DNA of 64,000 nucleotides. Origin: Thermodesulfobacteriota bacterium (GTDB taxonomy: Bacteria; Desulfobacterota; WTBG01; JAGOGO01). The notes under the pieces were generated by a model that did not search any database, was not told where the DNA came from, and saw nothing but the letters and a program-made list of their open reading frames with translations. The stretch lies in contig CP113000.1 of NCBI GenBank assembly GCA_026625185.1, positions 1,623,161-1,687,160 of the forward strand, read 5' to 3'. This document shows positions 19,919 to 29,707 of the stretch, in pieces; the first letter of the stretch is position 1, and each line of letters opens with the position of its first letter. The translations under genes were made by a program, and so were the position numbers.

Positions 19919-21211
19919 TTAATTGCTGGAATCCCAGATCGTTCGGGGATCGAAGCATTCGGCTGCAATCATGGTTAGTATGACCACTGCCGCGAAAAAA
20001 AGTACCCCGGCTCCGGGCTTAATCGACATCAAGGGTTGTAGTTGAATGAGGGCGACGGTAAAGGTGACGACGAAAACGTCAAGCATAGACCATCGCCCCA
20101 CAAATTCTACCAGCCGGTAGAGACGCAGCCGCTCCTGCCGTCCTTCGATCGAACGAAGCTGGACCGTGATGAGCAAATAGGCCAGCGCCATAATCTTGGC
20201 AAGCGGAATCATCACGCTCGCAATCAATACGATCAGCGCCAGATGCCACGATCCGGTCTTATAGAGCAGGACGACGCCACTCAGGATGGTATCATCTTCG
20301 GAAGAACCCAGTGTGGTCGATACCATCACTGGCAGTACGTTCGCCGGGATATAACAAATCAAGGCTGCGATGATGAGCGCCCAAGTCCGTTGGATAGAAT
20401 TGTTCCGTCGCAGGGCAAGTTCCTCGCCGCAACGCGGGCACTGTCCGGGCTCATTGATATCGAACGGTCTTGACAGAAGCCCGCAAGCCTCGCACGATAC
20501 AAGTCCCAGTTTGATTCCCGTCAGCACGTCGGCACTTTTAGATGCGCTCTCTGCGGTAACCGTCGATGAGCCGCCGGAAACCAAATCCGGCATTTCACCG
20601 TTGGCCCACTCAACGCGCTGCCAAACTTCATGCGGATCGAAACTGACCGTCATTGCAGCAACCAGCACCACAAGTGTGCCGGCGGCAAACATTCCGATCC
20701 CGGGAGTCACCGTCGCCAGTTCCGCGATCTTGATTAATGCCACCAAGATGCCGAGCATCATCACCTCGACCATCGCCCAGGACTGGTGCCACTCGGACCA
20801 GCGAAGAAGTCTGCCGATCCACCATGGCGCCGGAGTCCGTCGGGCAGAAAGCAGGACGGTGAACATAATTCCGATATAAACGGCGGGGGCAACCACCGTG
20901 CAGAAAATAACGATCATGGCCGTGATCTGCTGACCTCGAAGCCACATTTCTATGGCGCCACCGAGAATCGTCGTACTTGCCTTCCGCCCCGCCACCGAAA
21001 GTTCCATCAACGTCGGTGCGTTGGCAACGATAAGGACGATGGCTGCGGCAACCGCAAAGGCCAATGTCCGCTCCAAGGAATAGGGCTTGCTGGCGGCAAT
21101 TGTGTGGCCGCAACGGGGGCAGCGAGCTCTCCCGCCGTGTGGCAGGGCGGGGATGCGCTGCAATAGGTCGCATTCCGGACAGGCTACCAGATTTTCAGCC
21201 AATCGGGTCAC
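19919..21211 (-). CDS. pqiA: PqiA (paraquat-inducible protein A family, integral membrane)
   Basis: The protein has two PqiA repeats, each preceded by a zinc-ribbon-like CxxC...CxxC motif (CPECDLL...CPRCGH and CEACGLL...CPRCGE). Confidence 0.8.
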   Translation of the reverse strand: MTRLAENLVACPECDLLQRIPALPHGGRARCPRCGHTIAASKPYSLERTLAFAVAAAIVLIVANAPTLMELSVAGRKASTTILGGAIEMWLRGQQITAMIVIFCTVVAPAVYIGIMFTVLLSARRTPAPWWIGRLLRWSEWHQSWAMVEVMMLGILVALIKIAELATVTPGIGMFAAGTLVVLVAAMTVSFDPHEVWQRVEWANGEMPDLVSGGSSTVTAESASKSADVLTGIKLGLVSCEACGLLSRPFDINEPGQCPRCGEELALRRNNSIQRTWALIIAALICYIPANVLPVMVSTTLGSSEDDTILSGVVLLYKTGSWHLALIVLIASVMIPLAKIMALAYLLITVQLRSIEGRQERLRLYRLVEFVGRWSMLDVFVVTFTVALIQLQPLMSIKPGAGVLFFAAVVILTMIAAECFDPRTIWDSSN

Positions 21212-21358
21212 TGTACTTCTCCGTTTGTGCCCGGGGTAAGGCTGAAAATGCTTAAAGTGGCTTTTATTTTAATGAGTTTTTTCACTTTTCTTTAGAAAAA
21301 TTTTGTGGAATAAAACTCCCGGTGCGAGTTTGTTAATCCCGGATATGCGAGTGCGTTT

Positions 21359-22030
21359 TTACTTGGCAGCGTGAAATTCATCCAATCGCGTTTTTAGCCG
21401 TCCGGCCCAGAACTTGAACGCTTCCTCCGCGCTGCCGAACTTGGTGAAACTGTCAACCTTGGCACCGGCTCTGCGGTCAACGCCCGCAGCGATTCGCTTA
21501 TTGGTCTGAGAATCCAGAAGCTCAAATTCCATGCTGATCTCTCCGACACCAGCGCTTTTTCCGGTAAGTCCTTTCTTGACAAGACCAATGGCAATCCCTG
21601 CCGGCACGACCGAGGTGACAACGTTGAGAGTCCGGATCGGCAGCTGCAGGTCGGTTATGGCCACCCTCACCCTCATGACATCCGGAGCAGGTTCGCTGAC
21701 GAGCGGATAAGCGTCTCCGAGGACATCGATCACTGCCCGGTTGTATTTATCGGCCAGTTCTTTCATTTCATCAGGATCAATAGCTTGATTCTCCGCGTCT
21801 TGCTTGAAATAAAAGACCACCTGGTCCAGCATTATTTTATTGTATTGCTTAAAATTAACACCCTCCTTCACGTATACCTGGGCAACCCCACCTTTGGGGC
21901 CTGGCTTTAACTGGGAATAATCACTCAGGAATCCTGAATATTCTTTTACTTTTAATCCGGCGTAAGGGGTGCCAAGTGACAGGCAAAGGGTGATCAGGGT
22001 TATTAAGAAAATTCTCGATACCTTTTTCAT
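21359..22030 (-). CDS. Hypothetical secreted protein (DUF3313-like?)
   Basis: The 223-aa ORF has a signal peptide. The YSGFLSDYSQL motif is reminiscent of DUF3313 lipoproteins, but that assignment rests on memory only. Confidence 0.45.
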   Translation of the reverse strand: MKKVSRIFLITLITLCLSLGTPYAGLKVKEYSGFLSDYSQLKPGPKGGVAQVYVKEGVNFKQYNKIMLDQVVFYFKQDAENQAIDPDEMKELADKYNRAVIDVLGDAYPLVSEPAPDVMRVRVAITDLQLPIRTLNVVTSVVPAGIAIGLVKKGLTGKSAGVGEISMEFELLDSQTNKRIAAGVDRRAGAKVDSFTKFGSAEEAFKFWAGRLKTRLDEFHAAK

Positions 22031-22138
22031 AGGTGTTCTCCTTTTTTTAAAAACAAATAATTGATTTTATTGGTTAACCTTACAAAGTTTATTTTTGGGT
22101 TAGATGATTCCTTATGGCTGACCAGTGCTACCTGATCA

Positions 22139-22465
22139 CTAATTTTCGTCCTCATCATTTCTTGCCTCATTCGCCTCTGAGGATTCGGTTGTGTAGTAAT
22201 TTATATCTGATTTTTTGCTGAGCAGATTTATTGCTCCAACCAAAACCTTATATCTGTGCGACCGTAAATGTTTGTCGAGCGCCTCCTGATTAGCCCACTT
22301 TTCTCTCAAAATGAAACGGCTCTCATCCTCGGTATCTTGATAAAAAGAGCAGCCCTGACACCCCGTTACATTTCGAATTTCACTCACCAAGGTTTTCAAA
22401 GTCTGCATCAGCTCATTACGCTTGGTGGGCAGTACATCAACTCTGGCGGTTCTAATGATCATCAA
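22139..22465 (-). CDS. ABM-domain (antibiotic biosynthesis monooxygenase-like) small protein
   Basis: The 108-aa ORF has the ferredoxin-like ABM fold pattern (ARVDVLP...F...E.W). Confidence 0.55.
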   Translation of the reverse strand: MMIIRTARVDVLPTKRNELMQTLKTLVSEIRNVTGCQGCSFYQDTEDESRFILREKWANQEALDKHLRSHRYKVLVGAINLLSKKSDINYYTTESSEANEARNDEDEN

Positions 22466-22533
22466 TTATTTCTCCAAAAGAGGAGGTTAAAATGATGTTT
22501 GGGACAGCACAACATTTGACGGCTTAGTAAAAA

Positions 22534-22695
22534 GTCCCGCCTTACGGTGGGGGATAAAGAACTGAAGCGCGCTATCTGTCCCGCTTTGGCGGAATTGCGT
22601 CCCGCCTTGCGGGATCATCTGGGGCGCACAGGTAAGTACGCCTTATTCCGTCGGATTTGCTCGCCTTGTCCCGCTCGGAGCGGGACAACTTTTTA
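22534..22695 (+). ncRNA. Candidate small RNA: four successive hairpins sharing the 5' arm GTCCCGC, the last being an intrinsic terminator
   Basis: GTCCCGC occurs at 22534, 22578, 22599 and 22668, each followed within 3-4 nt by its complement. The last copy is GTCCCGCT-CGGA-AGCGGGAC followed by AACTTTTT. No plus-strand CDS lies upstream. Confidence 0.4.
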
Positions 22696-22934
22696 CTGTG
22701 CCGTCTGATTTTCGATTTTTTACGGCCTCATCAAATTTAGCGTTACCAATGCCATTTTTTTGAAAAAATGGTCATGGTTCTCATTGATTAGTACATTTTA
22801 CGTGCCAGCTACAGAGATTTCATACTAAAAGAATAAGCCTTTAGTTTCGAAGTGTTAATAATAAAAAAAGAAAACTGAATTTTTTCCGAGACCAGGTGTG
22901 AGTGTGGTATTTCGTAAAAGTGCGAAATATCATA

Positions 22935-22963
22935 TTGACAGGGCACGGAAGAAATATTAAAAT
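22935..22963 (+). promoter_or_regulatory. Candidate sigma-70 promoter upstream of the sigma-54 activator gene
   Basis: TTGACA (22935-22940), a 17-nt spacer and TAAAAT (22958-22963). It lies about 200 nt upstream of the activator start. Confidence 0.3.
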
Positions 22964-23169
22964 ATTTATAATTGTATTCTTTATACCCTTTTTTATAAAA
23001 GGGGTATACTTTATCTGCTCCCTTTTTTGGTAATAAATTTTAAAAGGAATTTTTTACCAGGCATCCCTTCATCTCTACCAGAGCATTTTATGAATCCTAC
23101 ATCAGCGAGAGTCGGTTCTCGAAACACCTACCCCATAAACCATGTGGCTATATTCTCGGTAACATCATC

Positions 23170-25089
23170 ATGCGACAAGAGGAGACTTGTGTGCCGGTGA
23201 AGGCCATACGGGAACTCACTTTTGACGTTGTGCCTGACCCGATCGCAATCCTGGATAAGGAATATCGGATTGTCCAGGTGAACAAGGCCATGGCAAAACG
23301 TCTTGGGGCTACGCCGGAGAAATGCATCGGACAGTATTGTTATGCGTGTATACATGACGCAGCGGAACCGCCTGTGTTCTGTCCCCATAACCGACTGCTA
23401 CAGGATGGTCAGGAACATACCGCTGAGGTATATGAACCACATTTAGGGGGTCATTTTCTCGTTACGGTCTCGCCTCTTTTTAATGACCAAAGAGAGCTTA
23501 TCGGCAGTATCCATATAGCCCATGACATTACTGAACGTAAGCGAACAGAGGAAATGCTAAAAAAGGCCCATGATGCACTGGAGCTAAAAGTACAAGAACG
23601 GACTGCAGAGCTTATAAGAGCAAACAGGCAACTGGAGAAAACGGTAGGGGAACTTAAGCTGACTGAGGAAAAGTTGCGGAAAAAGGAGATGAGTCTGACA
23701 GCCGCGCAGCGAATCGCCCAGGTCGGCAACTGGGATTGGGACATTGAGACCAACGATCTCTACTGGTCTGACGAGGTTTATCGAATCTTCGGCCTCACGC
23801 TCCAAGAGTTTGGCGCTACCTACGATGCCTTCCTCGAATTGGTTCATCCGGATGATCGGGAGGTGGTTAAGGAGGCGGTCAACCGGTCCCTGAAGAATTC
23901 AAATGTGCCCTACAATATCGAGCACCGGGTGCTGCGGCCCGATGATATTGAGCATATTGTTCACGAACGGGGCGAAGTAATGTTTAATGAAAAGGGCAAG
24001 CCGATTCGCATGGTTGGTGTGGTGCATGATATCACCGACCTGAAGGAAACGGAAAACAAACTCCGGCATGCGTTGGATGAAGTTCAGAATTTAAAAGAGA
24101 AGATTGAGGCAGAAAACATTTACCTTCAGAAGGAGGTCAAGGGGGAGAAGGGCTTTGACGAGATTATCGGAAAGAGCAACGTGCTGAATTATGTCTTTTT
24201 CAGGGTTAAGCAAGTGGCGGGAACTGTTTCAACCGTTTTGCTCCTTGGCGAGACCGGCACGGGAAAGGAGCGCATTGCTCACGCCATTCATAACCGGAGC
24301 CCGCGGAAAGAAAAAATATTTGTCACGGTTAATTGCGCCGCGCTTCCCTCAAACATTATCGAAAGCGAACTTTTTGGGCGTGAAAAAGGGGCTTTTACCG
24401 GATCACATGCCAAGCAGATCGGTCGGTTTGAATTGGCGCATGGAGGTACGATCTTTCTCGATGAGGTTGGCGAACTTCCCCTGGAACTTCAATCCAAACT
24501 GCTCAAGGTGGTGCAGGATGGAGAGTTTGAGAGACTTGGCAACCCTCGCACCACCAAGGTGGATGTTCGGATTATTGCTTCCACCAACCGTAACTTGGAG
24601 GATATGGTTCAAAAAGGCCGGTTTCGGGAGGATCTTTACTATCGCCTCAATGTTTTTCCCATCACCATACCTCCTCTCCGGCAGCGCAAAGACGATATTC
24701 CTCTGCTGGTCGAACATTTCACCAAACATTTTTCCCAAAAACACGGAATAAAAATTAAAAAAATTCCTAAGGACGTTTTAACAAACCTCAAGGATTATTC
24801 GTGGCCCGGCAACGTGCGGGAGTTGCAAAACGTGATTGAGCGAGCAGTAATTACGAGTCGAGACGGTGTCCTGCGGGTTGAAAAACCGGCATTTTCTATT
24901 TCCGGGCCAGAGGATATTAAGCCCCTCGATGACTTGGAACGGGACTACATTCACAAAGTTTTAGAAAAAACTAAAGGGAGAATTGCGGGGACCCAGGGTG
25001 CCGCAATCCTTTTGGGAATGAATCCCAGTACTCTTCGTTCACGCCTTATCAAACTGGGGATCAAAAAGCGCGGATTTCGGTCGGCATAG
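23170..25089 (+). CDS. PAS-domain sigma-54-dependent transcriptional activator (Fis-family HTH)
   Basis: Two N-terminal PAS/PAC regions are followed by an AAA+ sigma-54 interaction domain (GETGTGKE, ESELFGREKGAFTG, GAF motif) and a C-terminal Fis-type HTH. An alternative GTG start at 23191 has a GAGGAG RBS. Confidence 0.85.
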   Translation: MRQEETCVPVKAIRELTFDVVPDPIAILDKEYRIVQVNKAMAKRLGATPEKCIGQYCYACIHDAAEPPVFCPHNRLLQDGQEHTAEVYEPHLGGHFLVTVSPLFNDQRELIGSIHIAHDITERKRTEEMLKKAHDALELKVQERTAELIRANRQLEKTVGELKLTEEKLRKKEMSLTAAQRIAQVGNWDWDIETNDLYWSDEVYRIFGLTLQEFGATYDAFLELVHPDDREVVKEAVNRSLKNSNVPYNIEHRVLRPDDIEHIVHERGEVMFNEKGKPIRMVGVVHDITDLKETENKLRHALDEVQNLKEKIEAENIYLQKEVKGEKGFDEIIGKSNVLNYVFFRVKQVAGTVSTVLLLGETGTGKERIAHAIHNRSPRKEKIFVTVNCAALPSNIIESELFGREKGAFTGSHAKQIGRFELAHGGTIFLDEVGELPLELQSKLLKVVQDGEFERLGNPRTTKVDVRIIASTNRNLEDMVQKGRFREDLYYRLNVFPITIPPLRQRKDDIPLLVEHFTKHFSQKHGIKIKKIPKDVLTNLKDYSWPGNVRELQNVIERAVITSRDGVLRVEKPAFSISGPEDIKPLDDLERDYIHKVLEKTKGRIAGTQGAAILLGMNPSTLRSRLIKLGIKKRGFRSA

Positions 25090-25292
25090 CGCATTACTCC
25101 TTACTTCATGACGGTAATGAAACCTTGATTTTTTGGACGTGCGGGATACTGTCGGAAACGATGCGATATTTCATAGTGTTACACTATGTGGGTTTTTCTC
25201 TGCTTTTTTTGAAGAGAATAAATATATTAATTTTGTGTATAACCCATGTAATATTGTAAGCTTAGCCACTGGCACCAGAAGGCTGCCAGGGT

Positions 25293-25307
25293 TGGCACGG
25301 ATGTTGA
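25293..25307 (+). promoter_or_regulatory. Candidate sigma-54 (-24/-12) promoter for the mlaE-like operon
   Basis: TGGCACG-GATG-TTGA matches the TGGCACG-N4-TTGC consensus except for the last base. It lies about 50 nt before the start codon, directly downstream of the sigma-54 activator gene. A second TGGCAC lies 23 nt upstream. Confidence 0.4.
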
Positions 25308-25359
25308 TACTACTTAAAAAACTAAACAGAAAGCATTGAAAAATGAATCAGGAGAACTT

Positions 25360-26514
25360 ATGGAGAACGCACGCTTCGAAAACGCCGGCCGGGGTGAATT
25401 AGACCTGAGTCAGCCAACTCACGATGCGTTGCTCATAAGCTTTTACGGAATTTGGGAAATGGGGAATGACCTGCCTTCTGCGGAAGAGGCCCTAAACAAA
25501 ATTGAAACCGCAAGCGCTATCCGCCGCGTTTCCTTCGAGGCCCAAAATCTTTCGGGTTGGGATACAGGCCTTCTAACGTTTCTCATCAAGGTAATTGACA
25601 CCTGTACGCAGAAAACTATCCTGATAGATATGACCGGACTCCCGCAGGGGGTACAGCGGTTATTAGCTCTTGCCTCCGCAGTTCCCGAGCGGGCAGGAGC
25701 GCGCAAGGAAACCACCCAGGAACCTTTTTTGAGCCGGATAGGAACGGCAACCATTGAATTTGGGCGTTCCTTACCGGAGCTTTTGGCTTTTATCGGGGAA
25801 GCGTTTATGGCATTCCTGAAATTATTTACCGGAAAGGCAAGGTTTCAGCGACATGATCTTTGGCTCATCATCCAGCAAACCGGGGTCCAGGCGCTTCCCA
25901 TTGTCTCATTGATCTGCCTCCTCGTTGGCCTGATCCTTGCTTTTGTGGGTGCGGTACAGCTGCGCATGTTCGGGGCCCAGATTTATGTTGCTGACCTGGT
26001 GGGTATCGGGATGGTTCGCGTACTGGGGGCGGTCATGACGGGGGTTATTATGGCAGGCCGAACCGGGGCCGCTTTTGCCGCCGAATTGGGCACCATGCAG
26101 GTAAACGAAGAGATTGACGCGCTGCGAACCTTAGGCATTCCTCCGATGGAATTTTTGGTGCTGCCCCGGATGCTGGCTTTAATGCTCATGATGCCGCTCC
26201 TGTGTCTGTATGCCGACCTGATGGGATTGCTGGGTGGCTTAATTGTCGGGGTGGGCATGCTGAATTTGAATCTGATGGAGTATATTAATGAGACCCGGTC
26301 AATAGTGGACTTGACGAATCTTTGTATCGGTATATTCCACGGCGGCGTTTTTGGTGTCCTGGTGGCTTTGTCTGGTTGTCTTCGGGGCATGCAGTGCGGA
26401 CGGAGCGCTTCCGCTGTTGGCCAGGCCACCACGTCGGCCGTGGTAACGAGTATTGTGTGCATTGTGGTCGCAACCGCGGTTATTACGCTGATTTGTGATG
26501 TGCTGAAAATATGA
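25360..26514 (+). CDS. mlaE: MlaE-family ABC permease with N-terminal STAS (MlaB-like) domain
   Basis: The C-terminal half has the MlaE/Ttg2B permease TMs. The N-terminal roughly 120 aa is a soluble STAS-like segment. The ATG at 25360 is preceded by an AGGAGA RBS. Confidence 0.7.
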   Translation: MENARFENAGRGELDLSQPTHDALLISFYGIWEMGNDLPSAEEALNKIETASAIRRVSFEAQNLSGWDTGLLTFLIKVIDTCTQKTILIDMTGLPQGVQRLLALASAVPERAGARKETTQEPFLSRIGTATIEFGRSLPELLAFIGEAFMAFLKLFTGKARFQRHDLWLIIQQTGVQALPIVSLICLLVGLILAFVGAVQLRMFGAQIYVADLVGIGMVRVLGAVMTGVIMAGRTGAAFAAELGTMQVNEEIDALRTLGIPPMEFLVLPRMLALMLMMPLLCLYADLMGLLGGLIVGVGMLNLNLMEYINETRSIVDLTNLCIGIFHGGVFGVLVALSGCLRGMQCGRSASAVGQATTSAVVTSIVCIVVATAVITLICDVLKI

Positions 26515-26577
26515 AATAAACCATTTAGATGCGGGATTCGTGATCCAGGATTCGGGATGCAAAGGGAAGGAGGGAAG

Positions 26578-26970
26578 ATGAGTTATACGAAGCTGGAAAT
26601 TTGGCAATTGGCTCAGGATTTGTCAATTGAAATTCATAGAATGACGGTCGAGCTATTGCCAAAGTTCGAACGGTATGAAGAAGGGGCGCAGATTCGGCGT
26701 TCTATTAAATCAGTGCGTTCTAACATAGTGGAAGGATATGGACGACCACGATACAAACAGGAATTCATACGTTTTTTGACTTATGCCCATGCCTCCTGCG
26801 ATGAGACGCTGGATCTCCTTAAAACTCTTTACCAACCAGGATCCTTGGCAGATGTTGAACTTTATCAAAAACTTTTTGAAAGGATTAATCTGTTAGGGCG
26901 GAAACTTTACTTCTTTATCAAGGGCGTTGATTTACAACACCAATCTGTCAGAGATGACAGGAAAAAATGA
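26578..26970 (+). CDS. Four-helix-bundle protein (TIGR02436 / 23S rRNA-IVS protein / Avd-like family)
   Basis: The ORF shows the family pattern ([18 protein letters not shown]...[16 protein letters not shown]...Y.EF..FL..A.AS..E). It is inserted between mlaE and mlaF. Confidence 0.65.
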   Translation: MSYTKLEIWQLAQDLSIEIHRMTVELLPKFERYEEGAQIRRSIKSVRSNIVEGYGRPRYKQEFIRFLTYAHASCDETLDLLKTLYQPGSLADVELYQKLFERINLLGRKLYFFIKGVDLQHQSVRDDRKK

Positions 26971-27061
26971 GGCGCTGATGAAGAGAAGCAGAATTTATCC
27001 CGTATCTCGTATCCTGTATCTTATATCGAGCATCTCCTATTTTAACTTAATGTAATGTATT

Positions 27062-27823
27062 ATGAATTGTTTGGTACCACACATAACCGTCAAAGACCTC
27101 ACCATGGCTTACGGTGATTTTGTGCTCCAGCGGGACATGAACTTTGTCGTGAACCGGGGAGATATATTTATTATTATGGGGGGGAGTGGATGCGGCAAGA
27201 CCACCTTATTGCGTAACCTGGTGGGTTTAAAAGAACCCGCTCGCGGCCAGGTTTTTTATGGTGAGGTAAGTTTTTGGGAAAGCGATCAAGAAGAGCAGGG
27301 ACGCATCATGCGGCAGTTTGGCATCCTGTACCAAAGCGGCGCGCTCTGGACTTCGATGACCCTGTCTGAAAACATAGCTCTTCCCTTGCGGGAGTATACT
27401 GATTTAAATGAGGCGGCGATTCGGGAAATCGCTTCCCTCAAACTTTCTCTGGTAGGGCTTAAAGGGTTTGAAGATTTTTATCCTTCCGAGATCAGCGGCG
27501 GCATGCGTAAACGTGCCGGCCTAGCGCGCGCCATGGCACTGGACCCGGAAATTCTTTTTTTTGATGAGCCCTCGGCCGGGCTTGATCCTATCAGCTCCCG
27601 GCTTTTGGATGACCTGATTCTCGAAATCCGGGAGAGCCTCGGGGCAACTATTGTCGTGGTTAGCCACGAACTGCCAAGTATTTTTGCCATTGGAAATAAC
27701 TCTATCTATCTCGATGCAGAGGCTAAGACCATCATTGGCAGTGGGAATCCAAAAAAAATGCTTGAAGAGTCTCAGAATCCAATTGTTCGAGCGTTTCTGA
27801 CGCGGGGGGAACAAAAAGTCTAA
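27062..27823 (+). CDS. mlaF: MlaF-like ABC transporter ATP-binding protein
   Basis: Walker A is GGSGCGKTT, the ABC signature is LSGGMRKRAGLARA and Walker B is ILFFDEP. Confidence 0.8.
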   Translation: MNCLVPHITVKDLTMAYGDFVLQRDMNFVVNRGDIFIIMGGSGCGKTTLLRNLVGLKEPARGQVFYGEVSFWESDQEEQGRIMRQFGILYQSGALWTSMTLSENIALPLREYTDLNEAAIREIASLKLSLVGLKGFEDFYPSEISGGMRKRAGLARAMALDPEILFFDEPSAGLDPISSRLLDDLILEIRESLGATIVVVSHELPSIFAIGNNSIYLDAEAKTIIGSGNPKKMLEESQNPIVRAFLTRGEQKV

Positions 27824-27967
27824 GAGTCGCAAAGTGAGTCGCAAGGTCGAAAGGTCTCAGAGTCCCAAAGTTGTAGAATTAGGTTTTTCCCCTTAGACCG
27901 TTAGACCCTTAAGACCATGTGACTCTTTGACCTTGACTGAAGAAGAATAACATTAATGAGGTTAGGT

Positions 27968-28921
27968 ATGAGTAAAAAAGCGAGCAAAACCTTAATTGGG
28001 GCCTTTGTGGTTGGTGCCTTGGTGTTGGCGGTGATCGGGATTTTGCTTTTCGGGTCCGGTCAGTTTTTTTCCGAGAGTAAAACGTATGTGCTTTTTTTTA
28101 GGGGGTCGGTGAAAGGGCTCAATGTCGGCGCGCCGGTCAGTTTTCGTGGGGTCAAGGTTGGTCAGGTTACGGATATTAAAGCTCGCATTGATCCCCGTGA
28201 CTATGCTCTGAGTATAGCAGTCTATATAAAAACTAACCCCGGTTGGCTTACGCCGGTCGCTGAAGAAAAAACCCTGGATATGATACTCTCAAGCTTTGAG
28301 CGGGGAAAAATTCTTCAAGATTTGGTGACTAAAAAAGGTCTCCGCGCCCAGCTTCAACTGCAAAGCCTGGTGACCGGATTGCTGGAAATCGAATTTGACT
28401 TTTATCCTGATACTCCGATTACCTTGCTGGGTACTGAACCAAATGTCTCTGAGCTTCCTACCATTCCGTCAGATATGGAAAAGCTGCAGATGACACTCAG
28501 CAAATTTATTGCAAAGTTTGACAACCTTCCCATCGACGAATTTGTTAAGCGGCTCACGGATATCGCGGCAGGAGTTGATCGCCTGATAAATTCCCCTCAA
28601 ACCGAAGAGAACGTCCGTTCTTTCAATGCGACCCTAAAGGGATTACAGAGGTTGGTTGGCAATTTAAATAATCAGGTAAATCCGATGTCAACAAACATCC
28701 AGGAAAGTTTTAAGGCCGCCAAAGCGGCTCTTGAGCAAGCTCAAAAAACACTTGCCGCCGTTGAAGGTGTGACTGGAGATGCATCTTCATTGCGTTACCA
28801 AATGGGCGAAGCGCTCGAACAGATTTCTGATGCAGCACGTTCCCTTCGAGTGACGGCTGAGTATTTAGATCAACACCCTGAAGCGTTAATTCGCGGGAAA
28901 AAAGAATCAGGAGGAAAGTGA
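27968..28921 (+). CDS. mlaD: MlaD/MCE-domain protein (single MCE domain, N-terminal anchor)
   Basis: The protein has a TM anchor, one MCE domain and a helical C-terminus (the TAEYLDQHPEALIRGK tail is shared with PqiB at 18280). A GAGGT RBS precedes the ATG. Confidence 0.75.
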   Translation: MSKKASKTLIGAFVVGALVLAVIGILLFGSGQFFSESKTYVLFFRGSVKGLNVGAPVSFRGVKVGQVTDIKARIDPRDYALSIAVYIKTNPGWLTPVAEEKTLDMILSSFERGKILQDLVTKKGLRAQLQLQSLVTGLLEIEFDFYPDTPITLLGTEPNVSELPTIPSDMEKLQMTLSKFIAKFDNLPIDEFVKRLTDIAAGVDRLINSPQTEENVRSFNATLKGLQRLVGNLNNQVNPMSTNIQESFKAAKAALEQAQKTLAAVEGVTGDASSLRYQMGEALEQISDAARSLRVTAEYLDQHPEALIRGKKESGGK

Positions 28922-28922
28922 T

Positions 28923-29549
28923 ATGGAGAAAAGATTTTGCTTTCCGGTAGGATGCATTATGTTAGGTGTTTGGGTTTTGCTCCTCAGTGGATGTGGCCAC
29001 ACGCAACCGTCCCGATTCTATCTTTTGCAATCCATACCGGGCATGGAGAAGGACAAGCACGCTGCTACCAACGGACAGAGCCTTACGATCTGTGTGGGTC
29101 CGGTCATGATCCCCAAATACCTTGATCGTCCTCAAATCGTAACCACGACAAAGACAAGCGAGCTTAAGCTGGCTGAGTTTGACCGGTGGGCAGAGCCATT
29201 CAAGGACAACTTTTCTCGTGTTCTGACGGAAAATCTCTCGGAGGCCTTGGAGACGGATCGGGTCGCTGTCTTTCCCCGGGAAAGCGCTGCATCTTCTGAT
29301 TATCAGATAATAGTAACGGTTATCCGTTTTGATGGTGAGTCCGGGGGCAATGCGGTTTTAAGTGCCCGCTGGAGTATTTATGGAGAGGGTGGGAAGAAAG
29401 AACTTTTTTCGAAAAAATCGGATCTCAGCGAGCCAGCAGGGGTGCAAGGGTATGAAGCATTGGTGTCTGCCCAGAGCCGGATGATTGCGGGATTGAGCAA
29501 GGAAATCGCGGGAGCGATAAAAGCACTTGGGCAAGGCAAGACTCCTTAA
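28923..29549 (+). CDS. PqiC/YmbA-like auxiliary lipoprotein (paralog of the 17687 gene)
   Basis: The lipobox is LLSGC followed by the SRFYLL motif. The ATG comes directly after the mlaD stop. Confidence 0.7.
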   Translation: MEKRFCFPVGCIMLGVWVLLLSGCGHTQPSRFYLLQSIPGMEKDKHAATNGQSLTICVGPVMIPKYLDRPQIVTTTKTSELKLAEFDRWAEPFKDNFSRVLTENLSEALETDRVAVFPRESAASSDYQIIVTVIRFDGESGGNAVLSARWSIYGEGGKKELFSKKSDLSEPAGVQGYEALVSAQSRMIAGLSKEIAGAIKALGQGKTP

Positions 29550-29707
29550 CGATCAAACGAACAACCGGCCCAGGGATGATTTTACGGAAACCAAAAACAA
29601 TCTGGCTCGGAAGACCGATATATCGTGATCAGGTATAAGAAGTAGCGAACGGATTGCGGATTGAAGAGATGTTCATAAAAAAGCGAGGTTAAGAGAGAAA
29701 ATAATCA

